From assembly GCF_036971445.1 (NCBI RefSeq), contig NC_091473.1, forward strand, positions 183,768,001 through 183,832,000: a stretch of 64,000 nt of DNA. The letters are read 5' to 3'. Below, piece by piece: positions 23,690-37,443 of this stretch (positions are counted from its first letter, which is position 1; every line of letters starts with the position of its first letter). The position numbers were made by a program, and so were the translations under genes. The notes under the pieces are model-generated. The model was given only the letters and a program-made list of their open reading frames with translations. It made no database searches and had not been told where the DNA came from. This DNA comes from Narcine bancroftii. Its lineage: Eukaryota.

Positions 23690-23870
23690 TGTTGGGGGGG
23701 GGGTGATAAAACCTCACACTGGCGGCCCCACTACCGGACCGGGGAACTTCTCACGGATCCTTCCCGACGCCGCCGCCGCCTTGAAATCAGGTTGTTTTGG
23801 CGCGCCTCCTCATTGGACTTCCGTTTCCGGGTTAGACAGCGAAACTCCCACCTTTGCAGTGGTAGACGTC
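23690..23870 (-). promoter_or_regulatory. XRCC1 5'UTR and CpG promoter with E2F, CCAAT and tandem ETS motifs
   Basis: TTTGGCGC at 23796-23803, ATTGG at ~23812, ACTTCCGTTTCCGG at ~23817-23830, 110-140 bp upstream of the ATG. Confidence 0.65.
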
Positions 23871-24679
23871 CTTAAATTAGTTATTCGTGCGACTTTCTGA
23901 GGGAAAATCTTTTTTTCAATTCCTTTCAAGTTTTAGAGGATGATTATATCAATAGTTAGGCAGCTGGCAGAATGTCAGGGATCTCAAGGGGGAAAAAAAA
24001 TGAGTGCGGCCATGTTGCATACTGGCTACGTGACTGCAACATTGGTGTGGGAGGATCGGTGCGGCCATGTTTTCTATTGGCAAAATGGCTGGCTGTGGCT
24101 GCAGCAACTCTGAGTGAGGTCTCAGGAGGCCGGCGCAGACTTATATCCCGGAGGGTGATTGACACCTGACCGGGTGGGGCTTGAGCCATTCAGGCCGACT
24201 GATTGACAGCTGGCCAAGTGTTGTCCTGTCCCCTTACACTCCTGCAGGTGCAGAGGTTGCCTCCTGCAATAGGCCGGTGGTTTACCCCCACAGTGCCAGA
24301 GACTCCCATATTCCCATCTAGATCGACCGCACCACTGACCACAAGAGGAGATACCGTCCAAGCCCAAGATTGGCCTCTAGCGCTTCCTCAGCCACGCACA
24401 GTCCAGTCTCCGTACCCCTCTGAAATGATCAGTGTCCCCTCGCATGTGGGTACCCCTTCGCTGCTGGCATCTGGAAAGAGAGTTTCGGTGCCACAAGACT
24501 CACCCCACCAGGTCCAGCAATAGCTGCCCCCCGCCACCCCCCCCCCACCATCCGAACCCTTCATCAAGGACTCTTGATTTTTCTTTAATGCACAGTCAGT
24601 TTGTTTACATTCCTTTACCCTTTTACACGTACATGCAGTCTTTAGCTGTAGGGGAGTAGAATGATTGAGACAAGACCAG

Positions 24680-24960
24680 ATTCTCAGAGGTTTCCCAGGG
24701 CAGCATCAGCAAACACCAGAGGATGTCTGTACAAAGGGAGGGGAATTTAGGGGTAAGTTTTATAACACAGAGGATTGCCCTGTTGGGGATGGGGTGGAGG
24801 CTGAAACGTTGGGGGCATTTAACAAACTCTTAGGCACACAGATGGAAAGAAAATGGAGGGTTACGCGGTAGGGAGGGGAAGTACTTTTTAAAAACTTTTT
24901 AGGGAATACATGGATCAGCACAACAATGAGGGCTGAAGGGCCTGTACCTGTACTGTGTTG
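24680..24960 (+). mobile_element. Degraded CR1 3' tail
   Basis: AATTTAGGGGTAAGTTTT...GGGCTGAAGGGCCTGTAC resembles CR1 3' ends elsewhere in the window. Confidence 0.5.
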
Positions 24961-25719
24961 TTCTCTGATCTATATGTGGTCATTCTGCCTGGACCACAGG
25001 AAAAAGAATTTCAGGCTTGTATGTGATGTTATGTATGTTCTGTGACAATCAATTTGAAATCCCACAGCAGGGGTGCTCATTAGCACATGATAGGACATCC
25101 CTGGACCTTTATGGACCATTGGGACCATCACTTAGATTCTGGGGCAGTTTACAGTGTAGGGGACCGGAGGGGGTGGGGTTATGAAGATAGGGGGGGTTGT
25201 AGGGGACCAGAGGGGGTTGAAGAGACAGGGATGGGTGTCGGGGACCAGAGGGGGTTGAAGAGACAGGGATGGGTGTAGGGGACCAGAGGGGGTTGAAGAG
25301 ACAGGGATGGGTGTAGGGGACCGAAGGGGGTGACAGAGACAGGGAGGGGTTACAGAGACAGGGAGGGGTGGAGGGGTGTACAGGTCCAGAGGGGGTTGCA
25401 GAGACAGGGAGAGGTGTAGGGGACCGAAGGGGGTGACAGAGACAGGGAGGGGTTACAGAGACAGGGAGGGGTGGAGGGGTGTACAGGTCCAGAGGGGGTT
25501 GCAGAGACAGGGAGAGGTGTAGGGGATCGGAGGGGATTGCAGAGACAGGGATGGATGTAGGGGACAGGGAGGGGTGACGGGGACAGGGAGGGGTGACAGA
25601 GACAGGGAGGGGTGACAGAGACAGGGAGGGGTCAGGGGATTGGAGGGGATTGCAGAGACAGGGAGGGGGATAAGGGACCGGAGTGGGGAGGTGGGGGGAT
25701 GTTACAGAGACAGAGGGGT

Positions 25720-25911
25720 CCGCCTGGAGATGAACCAGTCGTCTATCAGTGGATCCTCCCTGCAGCGGGAGCCCCGCGGGGTGGGGCGAACGCAGAGACG
25801 TGCCAGCCCGGGAACGGAGGGCGGTTCAGCAGCGGAGGGCGGTTCAGCAGCTGGTGGAACAGGTCGAGTCGCTTCGCCGTCCCAGGTCCCGGAACTATCG
25901 CCTGTCCCTCC
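25720..25911 (+). promoter_or_regulatory. ETHE1 CpG-island promoter and 5'UTR
   Basis: CpG-rich region with GC-box-like GGGTGGGGCG directly upstream of tccATGG at 25912. Confidence 0.55.
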
Positions 25912-26055
25912 ATGGCAGCGCTCCTCCGCAGCTGCGCCCGCATCCTGCACCGTTGCCCCAAGCCTGTGCCGGGGTTCCCAGCCCCAATGGCCTGTCCAAG
26001 CGACCACCGCTGCTCCCAGAGCCGCATCCACAGCCAGGGCTTGATCTTCCGCCAG
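25912..26055 (+). CDS. ETHE1: ETHE1 exon 1 ([14 protein letters not shown]...GLIFRQ)
   Basis: Kozak-like ATG; LIFRQ followed by GT donor. Confidence 0.85.
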
Positions 26056-29000
26056 GTACCAGGCCGTTCAGCCCTCTACCGCTGATACACCGCGACAGGA
26101 GGCCGTTCAGCTCCTCGACCACTATTAAATCGGAACCAGAGACCGTTCAGCCCCTCTACCCGTGTTAGACTGGGACAGGAGACCGTTCAGGCCCATCTAC
26201 CCCTGTTAGAAGGGGACAGAAGGCCATTTTGCCCCACTCCCCGTTAGGCAAGGACAAGAGGCCGTTCAGTTCCTCCCTACTGTTACATGGCAGTTTGAGG
26301 CCATTCACCCACTTGTTGTCTTCAGAGAGCCTGGCCCCCTGTGGACTGACACCAAGCCATGTTGGCATCAGAGACAGTGCATCCTCGGTTAATGATTGCC
26401 TAGAGATGGGTCCCATTAACAACAGTAGGGATCGCACGTACACACACACCCACCCACTGGAATTCTCCATCTTTGGCAGATGTTTGAAAAGATCAGTTCG
26501 ACTTACACCTATATTCTGGCTGATGCACAGACCAGAGAAGCCATCATCATTGATCCAGTTCTCGAAGAGGTCAGCAGAGATTCCACATTAATTCAGGAGC
26601 TGAGGTTAAAGCTTCTCTACGCAGGTAAACTTTCTGCATCAGCCCATCACCTCGGTCAGATACAGAGTGAAGCTCCCTCCGCACCGTCCCATCACACACT
26701 CCTGGGGTCAGACACAGAGTGAACCTCCCTCCGCACCGTCCCATCACACACACTCCCTTTGTCAGACCCAGAGTGAACCTCCCTCCGAACTGTAACGTCA
26801 CATACTCCTGGGGGATGGACACAGGGTGATGCTCATTCCACACCGGCCCATCACACACTCCCGGGGTTCGGACACAGAGTAAAGCTCCCTCCGAACTGTA
26901 ACGTCACATACTCCTGGGGGATGGACACAGGGTGATGCTCATTCCACACCGGCCCATCACACACTCCCGGGGTTCGGACACAGAGTAAAGCTCCCTCTGC
27001 ACCGTCCCATCACACACTCCCGGGGTCGGACACAGATTGAAACTCTGTCCGCACCATTCCATCACACACTCCCGGAGTCCAACACAGAGTGAAGCTCCCT
27101 CTGCACCATCCCGTCACACACTCCTGGGGTCGGACACAGAGAGAAATTCCTTCCATACTGCCCCATCACTCATTCCCTGGGTCAGACCCACAGTGAAGCT
27201 CCCTCCAGAACGTTCTATCACATAAACCCGGGGTCGGACACAGAGTAAAGTTCCCTCAGCACCGTCCCATCACACAATCCTGGGGGTCGGACACAGATGA
27301 AGTTCTCTCCGCTCCATCCCATCACACACTCCCGGGGTCGGAAACAGAGTAAAACACCCTCCACACCTTTCCATCACACACTCACGGGGTCAGACACAGA
27401 GTGAATCTTCCTCTGCACTATTCCGTCACACACCCCGGGTGTCAGACACAGATTGAAGCTCCCTCCACATTGCTCCCTCACAAACTCCCGGATCAGACAC
27501 AGAGTGAAGCTCCCTCCACACCGCTCCATCACACACTCCTGGGGTCAGACACAGAGTGAAGCTCCCTCCACACCGTCCCATCACACACTCCCTTTGTCAG
27601 ACCCAGCGTGAACTCCCTCCGAACTGTATCGTCACATACTCCCAGGGGATGTACACAGAATGAAGCTCACTCCACACAGTCCCATCACACACTCCCGGGA
27701 TCAGACACAGAGTGAAATTCCATCCGCACCGTCCCATCTCACACTCCAGGGGTCGGACACAGAGTGAATCTCCCCCTGCACTATCCCATTACATACCCCG
27801 GGGGTCAGACACAGATTGAAGTTCCCTCCACACCGCTCCATCACATGCTCCCGGGGTTGGTCACAGAGTGAAGCTCCCTCCGTACGGTCCCTTCAGACAA
27901 TCCCGGGGTCAGACTCAGAGTGAAGCTCCTTCCGCATAGTCCCATCACACACTCACAGGGTCAGACTCAGAGTGAAGCTTCCTCTGCACTATCCTGTTAC
28001 ACACCCCGGGGGTCAGACACAGATTGAAGTTCCCTCCACAACGCTCCATCACACACTCCCGGGGTCGGACACAGAGTAAAGCTCCCTAAGCACATCCCAT
28101 CACACAATCCCGGGGGTCGGACACAGATGAAGTTCCCTCCGAACTGTCCCGTCACACACTCCCAGGGTCGTACACAGAGTGAAGCTTTGTCCGCACCATC
28201 CCATCACACACTCCCAGGGTCAGACCCAGAGTGAAGCTCCCTCCAGAACGTTCTATCACACAAACCCGGGGTCGGACACAGATGAAGTTCCCTCCAAACT
28301 GTCCCGTCACACACTCTCGGGGTCGGACACAGAGTAAAGCTCCCTAAGCACCTTCCCATCACACAATCCCGGGGGTCGGACACAGATGAAGTTTCCTCCA
28401 AACTGTCCCGTCACACACTCCCAGGGTCGTACACAGAGTGAAGCTTTGTCCGCACCATCCCATCACACACTCCCAGGGTCAGACCCAGAGTGAAGCTCCC
28501 TCCAGAACGTTCTATCACACAAACCCGGGGTCGGACACAGATGAAGTTCTCTCCAAACTGTCCCGTCGCACACTCTCGGGGTCGGACACAGAGTAAAGCT
28601 CCCTAAGCACCTTCCCATCACACAATCCCGGGGGTCGGACACAGATGAAGTTCCCTCCAAACTGTCCCATCACACACTCCCAGGTCGGACACAGAGTGAA
28701 GCTTTATCCGCACCATCCCATCGCACACTCCCGGGGTCAGACCCAGAGTGAAGCTCCCTCCAGAACGTTCTATCACACAAACCCGGGGTCGGACACAGAT
28801 GAAGTTCCCTCCAAACTGTCCAGTCACACACTCCCAGGTTCAGACACATAGAGAAGCTCGCTCCACATCGCTCCGTCACACACTCCAGGGCATCAGGCAC
28901 AGATTGAAGCTCCCTCTGCACTGTTACATCATACACTCCCGGGGGTCGGACACAGAGTGAAACTCCCTCCGCACCATTCCATAACACACTCCCGGCGTCT

Positions 29001-32000
29001 GACACAGATTGAACCTCCCTCTGCATCGTCCCGTCACACACTCCTGGGGTCAGAGACAGAGTGAAGCTCCCTCCACACCATCCTATCACACACTCCCAGA
29101 GTCAGACACAGAGTGAAGCTCCCTCCGCACCGTCCCATCACTCACTCCTGGGGTCAGACACCAACTGAAGCTCCCTCCGAACCGAGGTTGGGGTGAACGG
29201 TAAGATGGACCTGTTGAGGAAGGGATGGTTGGGGTTAGAGCATCCACTGCACAGGAGCCATGTTCACCACGCGTTTAAAGCGCTGACCTGCCCATGCTGT
29301 TGCACAGTGAACACGCACTGTCACGCGGACCACATCACCGGGACCGGGCTCCTCAAGGCCGCTATTCCTGGCTGCCAGAGTGTCATCTCCAAGGACAGTT
29401 GTGCCAAGGCGGACAAGTGGATCACCGAGGGAGACATCATCGAGTTCGGGAAGTTCGTGAGTAGTCGGGAACGATGAGGTGATAGGGGTGGGATGAGTGG
29501 CATGGGGTGGGAGGAGGAGAGTGTTGGAGGGGCAGTGAGGATAGAGTGGCAATGAGTGAGGGGCAGTTAGAAGGGAGGGGGAGGGAGGGATGATGAGTGG
29601 GGAGGGAGGGGCATTGACGGCCGGTGTGTTTGGGGGAGTGGGGATGGAGGGGCAGTGAAGGGTGGTGAGTAGGGAGGGGGAGTGGGGATCTAAGGACGGT
29701 TGGGAGGGGCAATGAGGAGGGAGAGGCGGTGAATATTAAGGGGAAGAGGGGCAGTGAGGAGCGAGGGGAAGAGTGGGGCGATGAGTAGTGAGGGGCGGTA
29801 AGTGGGGAGGGAGAGGCATTGAGGAGGGATGGGCAGTGAGAAGGGAGGTACAGTGAAGGGCAATGAGTAGGGAGGGGTAGTGAGGGAGGGGTAGTGAGGA
29901 GGGAAGGGTAAGTGAGTGAGGGGCAGTTGTATCTGTGATCCTGCCAAAGTCTCTCTCCTCCTCAGTCGGTGATGGCTCGTTCCACCCCAGGACACACTGA
30001 CGGGTGCCTGACCTACGTCCTCAATGATCATTCCATGGCTTTCACTGGTGACGCCCTCCTCATCCGTGGATGTGGTCGAACCGACTTCCAGCAAGGTATA
30101 CACCCCACCCCATTTCTGTATCTCCTGTTGTCCCTTACATTTCTCCCTATCTTTAACTCCTTCCAGCACCTACACCTTCCCGGGAGTGTGTCATAGGACG
30201 GTGCAGAGGGAGCTTCACTCTGTGTCTGACCCCCAGACTTAAATAAAGTAGTACTAGAATTTCTATGGAAGGGGAAGTTAGCTAGAGTAGCGATACATAA
30301 ATTGACTTGGAAATATGCCTTGGGAGGTTTACAATTGCCTCATTTTAAAAATTTTGAAGCAGCTCAGTTAAGATTTATTAATTGCATGTTGAATGTTTTG
30401 TATCCTCCTATTTGGGCCAGGGTAGAATGGGCTGGTATTTCAGAACCTTACATCGTTTCATATTTAAGTGAAATTCTGTCTTATTACAGAGTTATAATGT
30501 ACCGATTTAAAAACATTTGTTAGAGATTTGGACTAAAAGGAATTTATTGATAGGTACGAAAGGTAAAATATCGCTTCAGGCTCCAATATATCAAAATAAA
30601 TTGATTCCTTTTTCGCTGAACAATAGATTTTTTAAAAATGGCAGATTAAAGGAATAAAGTTGTTGCAGGATTGTTTTGAAGAGGGTAAATTTTTATCGTT
30701 TAACCAAATTAGAGCGATATTTGGAATTTCAGTGAATGCTTTATTTGTGTCCTATCAAATTAGAGCGTTAGTGAAAGATCATTTTGGAAGAGAAATGAAA
30801 ATTCCTAAGTTAATGAGATTTGAGTTCTCATTCATTAAATAAGGTTTTATTTCTGAGATGTACGTATAGAGCAAGTCTAGAACCAGGGGTCACGGTCACA
30901 GTTTAAGGATAAAGGGGAGGTCCTTTAGGACTGAGATGAGGAAGAATTTTTTCACTCAGAGGGTGGTGAATTTATGGAATTCTCTGCCACAGGAAGTGAT
31001 TGAGGCTGGTTCTATAGCTATATTTAAGAGAGAGTTAGATTTAGTACTTGTGACTAGGGGGATCAGGGGGTATGGAGTGAGAGCTGGAACAGGGTACTGA
31101 GTGGATGATCAGCCATGATCAAAATGAATGGCAGTGTAGGCTTGAAGGGCCAAATGGCCTACTCCTACGCCTATTTTCTATGTTTCTATGTATTGTTGCC
31201 AGACACTATGGATAAAATAAATTTAGATACATCGAGGATTAAATGGGAAAATGACTTAATTTGCGATATTAATCAGGCCAGTTGGGAGACGATGTGTTTT
31301 GATGGTGTGACTAAATTGCTTAATGTCAGATATAGTGTGGTTAATTATAATTTTTTGCATCAGTTGTATCTGACCCCTGAGAAATTGAAAAAAATATGGA
31401 TTTAGTAATTCAGAAGTGTGTTTTAGATGTGGATTTTGTGTAGGTTCATTTATTACACTCAGTTTGGCTTTGTGATGAGGTTCAACCATTTTGGCAAAAA
31501 AATTAGAGAATTTCTTCAAAAATTGTTTAAATTAAATTTTTATTAGATCAAAAAATTTTTTTGTTGGGTTCTACTTAGTGATTTGGGGTGGGACAAGTTT
31601 CAGACAGCTTTACTTCATCTAGCATTGGCTGTAGGACGTCAATGTGTGGCGATTTCATGGAAAGATGAGCCTGAGGTAAATGTAACTCGTTGGCAATAAT
31701 GAGTTGAGATCTTGTATTTATATGGAGAAAATAACATAATTTGCATGAGAATTATGACTTTTTTATTAAGATGTGGTCACCATATTTGAAATGTTTGGGT
31801 TTAGTAATATCTTAAATTGTCATATGTGTTTCTTTTATAATTTTTTTTTATGCTTCCCTTGCGGGGTTTGCTGAGGGGGGTGGGTTAGTTGTAGTTTTTC
31901 ATTTTTATATTATGGACTTTGTATAAGTTTTTTCTTAAAAATTTTAAATAAAGTTTTGTGGAGGGAACTTCACTCTGTGTCTGACCCCAGGTGTGTGTGA

Positions 32001-35000
32001 TGGGACGGTGCGGAGGGAGCTTCGTTTTGGGTCTGACCTCGGGAGTGTATGACGGGATGGTGCGGAGGGAGCTTCACTCTGGGTCTGACCCCGGGAGTGT
32101 GTGACGGGACGGTGCGGAGGGAGCTTCGCTCTGTGTCTGACCCCGGGAGTGTGTGACAGGACAGTGCGGAGGGAGCTTCGCTCTGGGTCTGACCTCGATA
32201 GACTTGGGATCAGTACCCATGGATTGGAGGGTAGCTAATGTTACGCCACTATTTAAAAAGGGGGGTAAAGAAAAAGCGGGGAATTATAGGCTGGTGGGCC
32301 TTACATCTGTAGTGGGCAAAATAATGGAATCCATTATTAAGGATGTAATAGCGGAGCATATGACGAGCAGTGAAGGGATCGGATAGAGTCAACATGGATT
32401 TACAAAAGGTAAATCGTGCTCGACAAATCTATTGGAATTCTTTGAGATGGTAAAATAGATGGGGGAGAGCCAGTGGATGTGGTGTACCTGGACTTCCAAA
32501 AGGCCTTCAATAAGGTCCCACATAAACGACTGGCATGCAAAATCAAGGCTCATGGGATTGGGGGCAAGGTATTGATGTGGATTGAGAACTGGCTGGCAGA
32601 TAGAAGACAGAGAGTTGGGATAAACGGCTCGTTTTCTGAGTGGCAGGCAGTAACCAGTGGGGTGCCACAGGGATCTATACTGGGACCCCAGCTGTTCACA
32701 ACTTACATTAATGATCTAGATGAGGGGATTGGATGTAATATCTCCAAATTTGCAGACGACCCTAAGCTAGGAGGGGTTGTGTGCACTGAAGAGGGCGTCA
32801 GGAAGCTCCAGTGTGATTTAGATAAATTGGGGGACTGGGCAGATACATGGCAAATGCGCTACAATGTGGATAAATGTGAGGTTATCCACTTTGGTAATAC
32901 AAACCGGAGGGCAGATTACTATTTGAATGGCAATAGATTGGGAGATGGGGAAGTGCAGAGAGGCCTAGGGGTTCTTGTGCACCAGTCACTGAAGGCGAGC
33001 ATGCAGGTACAGCAGGCGGTTAAAAAGGGAAATAGAATGTTGGCCTTCATATCAAGAGGGTTTGAGTATAGGAATAAGGATACCTTACTGCAGCTGTACA
33101 GAGCCTTGGTGAGACCACACCTGGAGTATTGTGTGCAGTTTTGGTCACCTTATCTAAGGAAGGATGTTCTTGCAATGGAGGGAGTGCAGAGGCGATTCAC
33201 CAGGCTGATACCTGGAATGGTAGGAATGACTTATGAGGAAAGATTGCACAATTTGGGATTGTACTCGCTGGAGTTTAGAAGATTGAGAGGGGATCTCATA
33301 GAGACATATAAAATTCTGGCAGGACTGGACAGAATGGATGCGGAAGGGATGTTTCCAATGGTGGGGAGTCCAGAACCCGGGCCATGGTTCGAGGATAATA
33401 GGCAAACCATTTAGGACTGAGATGAGGAGGAATTTCTTTACCCAGACGGTGGTGAATCTGTGGAATTCATTGCTACAGAGGGCAGTAGAGGCAGGTTCAT
33501 TGAATATATTTAAGAGGGAATTAGATATATTTCTTCAGTATAAGGGAATTAGGGGTTACGGAGAGAAGGCGGGGATGGGGTACTGAACTTTAAGATCAGT
33601 CATGATCTTGTTGAATGGCGGAGCAGGCTTGAAGGGCAGAATGACCTACTCCTACTCCTATCTTCTATGTATCTATGACCCCGGGAGTGTGTGACGGGAT
33701 GGTACAGGGGGGGGAGGGGGGGAACTTTCGCTCTGTGTCTGAACCCAGGAGTGTGTGACAGGACAGTGTGGAGGGAGCTTCGCTCTGGGTCTGACCCCGG
33801 GAGTGTGTGATGGGACGTTGCGGAGGAAGCTTCACCCATGTTTATGACCCTGGGCGTGTGTGATGGGACGGTATGGAGGGAGCTTCGCTTTGTGTCTGAC
33901 CACAGGAGTGTGTGATGAGACGGTGCGGAGGGAGCTTCACTCTTTGTGTGACCCTGGGAGTGTGTGATGTGACGGTGCGGAGGGAGCTTTTCTCTGTGTC
34001 TGACCTTGGGAATGTGTGATGGAATGGTGTGGAGGGAGCTTTACTCTGTGTCTGACCCCAGGAGTGTGTGATGGGACGGTGTGGAGGGATCTTCGCTCTG
34101 TGTCTGATCCCCGGGTGTGAATGATGGGACGGTGGAGAGGTAGTTTCACTCTGTGTCTGACCCCAGGAGTGTGTGACGGGATGGTGCGGAGGGAGCTTCA
34201 CTTTTGTATCTGACCCCAGGAGTGTGCGATGGGACAGTGTGGAAGGAGCTTCACTCAGTGTCTTAACCCACGAGTGTGTGATGGGGCAGTGCAGAGAGAG
34301 AGCTTTACTTGGTGTCTGACCCCAGGACTGTATGATGGGATGGTGCGGAGGGAGCTTCACTCTGTGTCTGACCCCTGGAGTGGTGGTATGTTTTGCATGA
34401 ATCTGGTATGCTTTGTGTTTTATAAATCTGGTTGATTACTTCCAGAAGGGGAGGAATTAATAAGTCTTTAAATGTTTTATAGAATTCTATTGGGAATCCA
34501 TCCTCTCCTGGTGTTTTATTGTTCGGTAGTTTTTTTTCAATCTGAGGCGCCTGCAAGCTCACACCAAGACACAAGAGAAACTTGTCCGTGAACTACTCTT
34601 TGCAGACGATGCCACTTTAGTTGCCCATTCAGAGCCAGCTCTTCAGCGCTTGACGTCCTGCTTTGCGGAAACTGCCAAAATGTTTGGCCTGGAAGTCAGT
34701 CTGAAGAAAACTGAGGTCCTCCATCAGCCAGCTCCCCACCATGATTACCAGCCCCCCCACATCTCCATCGGGCACACAAAACTCAAAACGGTCAACCAGT
34801 TTACCTATCTCGGCTGCACCATTTCATCAGATGCAAGGATCGACAATGAGATAGACAACAGACTCGCCAAGGCAAATAGCGCCTTTGGAAGACTACACAA
34901 AAGAGTCTGGAAAAACAACCAACTGAAAAACCTCACAAAGATAAGCGTATACAGAGCCGTTGTCATACCCACACTCCTGTTCGGCTCCGAACCATGGGTC

Positions 35001-37404
35001 CTCTACCGGCACCACCTACGGCTCCTAGAACGCTTCCACCAGCGTTGTCTCTGCTCCATCCTCAACATCCATTGGAGCGCTTACACCCCTAACGTCGAAG
35101 TACTCGAGATGGCAGAGGTCGACAGCATCGAGTCCACGCTGCTGAAGATCCAGCTGCGCTGGATGGGTCACGTCTCCAGAATGGAGGACCATCGCCTTCC
35201 CAAGATCGTGTTATATGGCGAGCTCTCCACTGGCCACCGTGACAGAGGTGCACCAAAGAAAAGGTACAAGGACTGCCTAAAGAAATCTCTTGGTGCCTGC
35301 CACATTGACCACCGCCAGTGGGCTGATAACGCCTCAAACCGTGCATCTTGGCGCCTCACAGTTTGGCGGGCAGTAACCTCCTTTGAAGAAGACCGCAGAG
35401 CCCACCTCACTGACAAAAGGCAAAGGAGGAAAAACCCAACACCCAACCCCAACCAACCAATTTTCCCCTGCAACCGCTGCAATCGTGTCTGCCTGTCCCG
35501 CATCGGACTTGTCAGCCACAAACGAGCCTGCAGCTGACGTGGACTTTTTACCTCCTCCATAAATCTTCGTCCGCGAAGCCAAGCCAAAGAAGTTTTTTTA
35601 ATATCTCCTGTAATTCTTCTATTTCAAATGGTTTTATTGATTTATTTTGTTCCTCTGTTTGTAATTTTGGTAGTTCAATTTTAGTTAGAATTCATCTATT
35701 TTGTCTTCTTTCCCTTCGTTTTCAGTTTGATATAATTGCTCGTAGAATTCCCTGAAGTTTTCATTGATCTCCGTTGGATTATATGTAATTTGTTTGTCTT
35801 TTTTCCTTAATGCCAATACCATTCTTTTAGTTTGTTCTGTCTTAAGCTGTCACGCTAGAATTTTGTGTGTTTTTTCTCCTAGTTCATAATATTTCTGTTT
35901 TGTCTTCATTATGTTCTTCTCCACCTTATATGTTTGTAGTGTTTCATATTTTATTTTTTTATCTGCCAATTCTCTTCTTTTAGTTGTATCTTCCTTTATT
36001 GCTAATTCTTTTTCTATATTTATTATTTCCCTTTCCAACTGCTCTGTTTCCTGATTGTAGTCCTTCTTCATCTTTGTTACATAACTTATTATTTGCCCTC
36101 TGACGAACGCTTTCATTGCGTCCCATAGTATAAACTTATCTTTCACTGATTCCATATTTATTTCAAAGTACATTTTAATTTGACATTCAATGAACTCTCT
36201 AAAATCCTGTCTTTTAAGTAGCATGGAGTTTAATCTCCATCTATACATTCTTGGTGGGATGTCCTCTAGCTCTATTGCCAATAACAGGGGTGAGTGGTCC
36301 GATAATAGTCTAGCTTTATGTTCCATTTTCCTAACTCTCCCTTGAATGTGGGCTGATAACAGGAATAGGTCTATCCTTGAGTATGTTTTATGTCTACCCG
36401 AATAGTATGAATATTCCTTTGGGTGTTGTTTCCTCCATATATCCAAAAGTTGCATTTCTTGCATCGATTTAATTATAAATTTGGTTACTTTGTTCTTTCT
36501 GTTAGTTTTTTTTCCAGTTTTATCCATGTTTGAGTCCAAATTAAGGTTAAAATCCCCTCCTATTAGTATGTTCCCTTGCATATCTGCTATCTTCAAAAAG
36601 ATATCTTGCATAAATTTTTGATCTTCTTCATTAGGTGAATATACATTGAGTAAATTCCAAAATTCTGAATATATCTGACATTTTATCATTACATATCTCC
36701 CTGCTGGATCTATTATTTCCTCTTCTATTTTGATTGGTACATTTTTATTGATTAATATAGCTATTCCTCTGGCTTTTGAATTATATGATGCTGCTGTTAC
36801 ATGTCCTATCCAATCTCTCTTTAATTTCTTGTGCTCTATTTCAGTTAAATGTGTTTCTTGCACGAATGCAATATCAATTTTTTCTTTTTTCAGTAAATTT
36901 AGGAGTTTCTTCCTTTTGATTTGGTTATGTATTCCATTAATATTTAAAGTCATATAGTTCAACATAGCCATTTTATACTTTGTTTATCTTTCCTTTCCGT
37001 TTCCTCATCACCACCTTCCCTTCTTACCATTTCTGCTTTCTTTTTTTGAACACATTATAAGACAACATTTCTAAAACATAAAATATTTCCACTATTCTCA
37101 TATCTAAAATTCCTTTAACCCCAATAGTCCCTCCCCTTTCTGAGTTGCCCTTTGTCCCTTGTCGGGCAACCACATCTCCCCTCTCCATTTGGATTTGCGA
37201 ATCCGCTCGCAAGCGTCAACTGATTTCGCAGTGACTGTAATTCTTCCCCACCCAGCCCCCCCCAGAAAAGATTTTAATCTTCATATATTACAAAGATCAC
37301 TCTCTTAATTCCCTCCTTACTTCCTTTCTTTCCCTTCTGAGTTCTTACCTATACTCTATTTTTTATATATACACATATATATACATACACACATATACAT
37401 ATAT

Positions 37405-37443
<39 letters not shown>

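Noticed and set aside
23870-25720. ZNF575-like gene expected between XRCC1 and ETHE1
   Set aside because: No C2H2 motifs found in the ORF track; the interval is repeat relics and satellite.
25612-25911. In-frame N-terminal extension of ETHE1 in the ORF track
   Set aside because: Starts at a GTG inside a satellite; the ATG at 25912 has good context and gives a plausible transit peptide.
26655-29180. CRISPR-like regular array, or V(D)J recombination signal array (CACAGAG and ACACAAACC)
   Set aside because: No unique spacers and no cas genes; eukaryotic intron. Heptamer-nonamer spacing is about 26 nt rather than 12 or 23, and no V/J segments are present.
32473-33414. Reverse transcriptase ORFs as a domesticated gene or retron-like system
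   Set aside because: Ordinary CR1, RTE and L1 features (truncation, tails, TSDs, disabling mutations) explain every RT ORF in the window.
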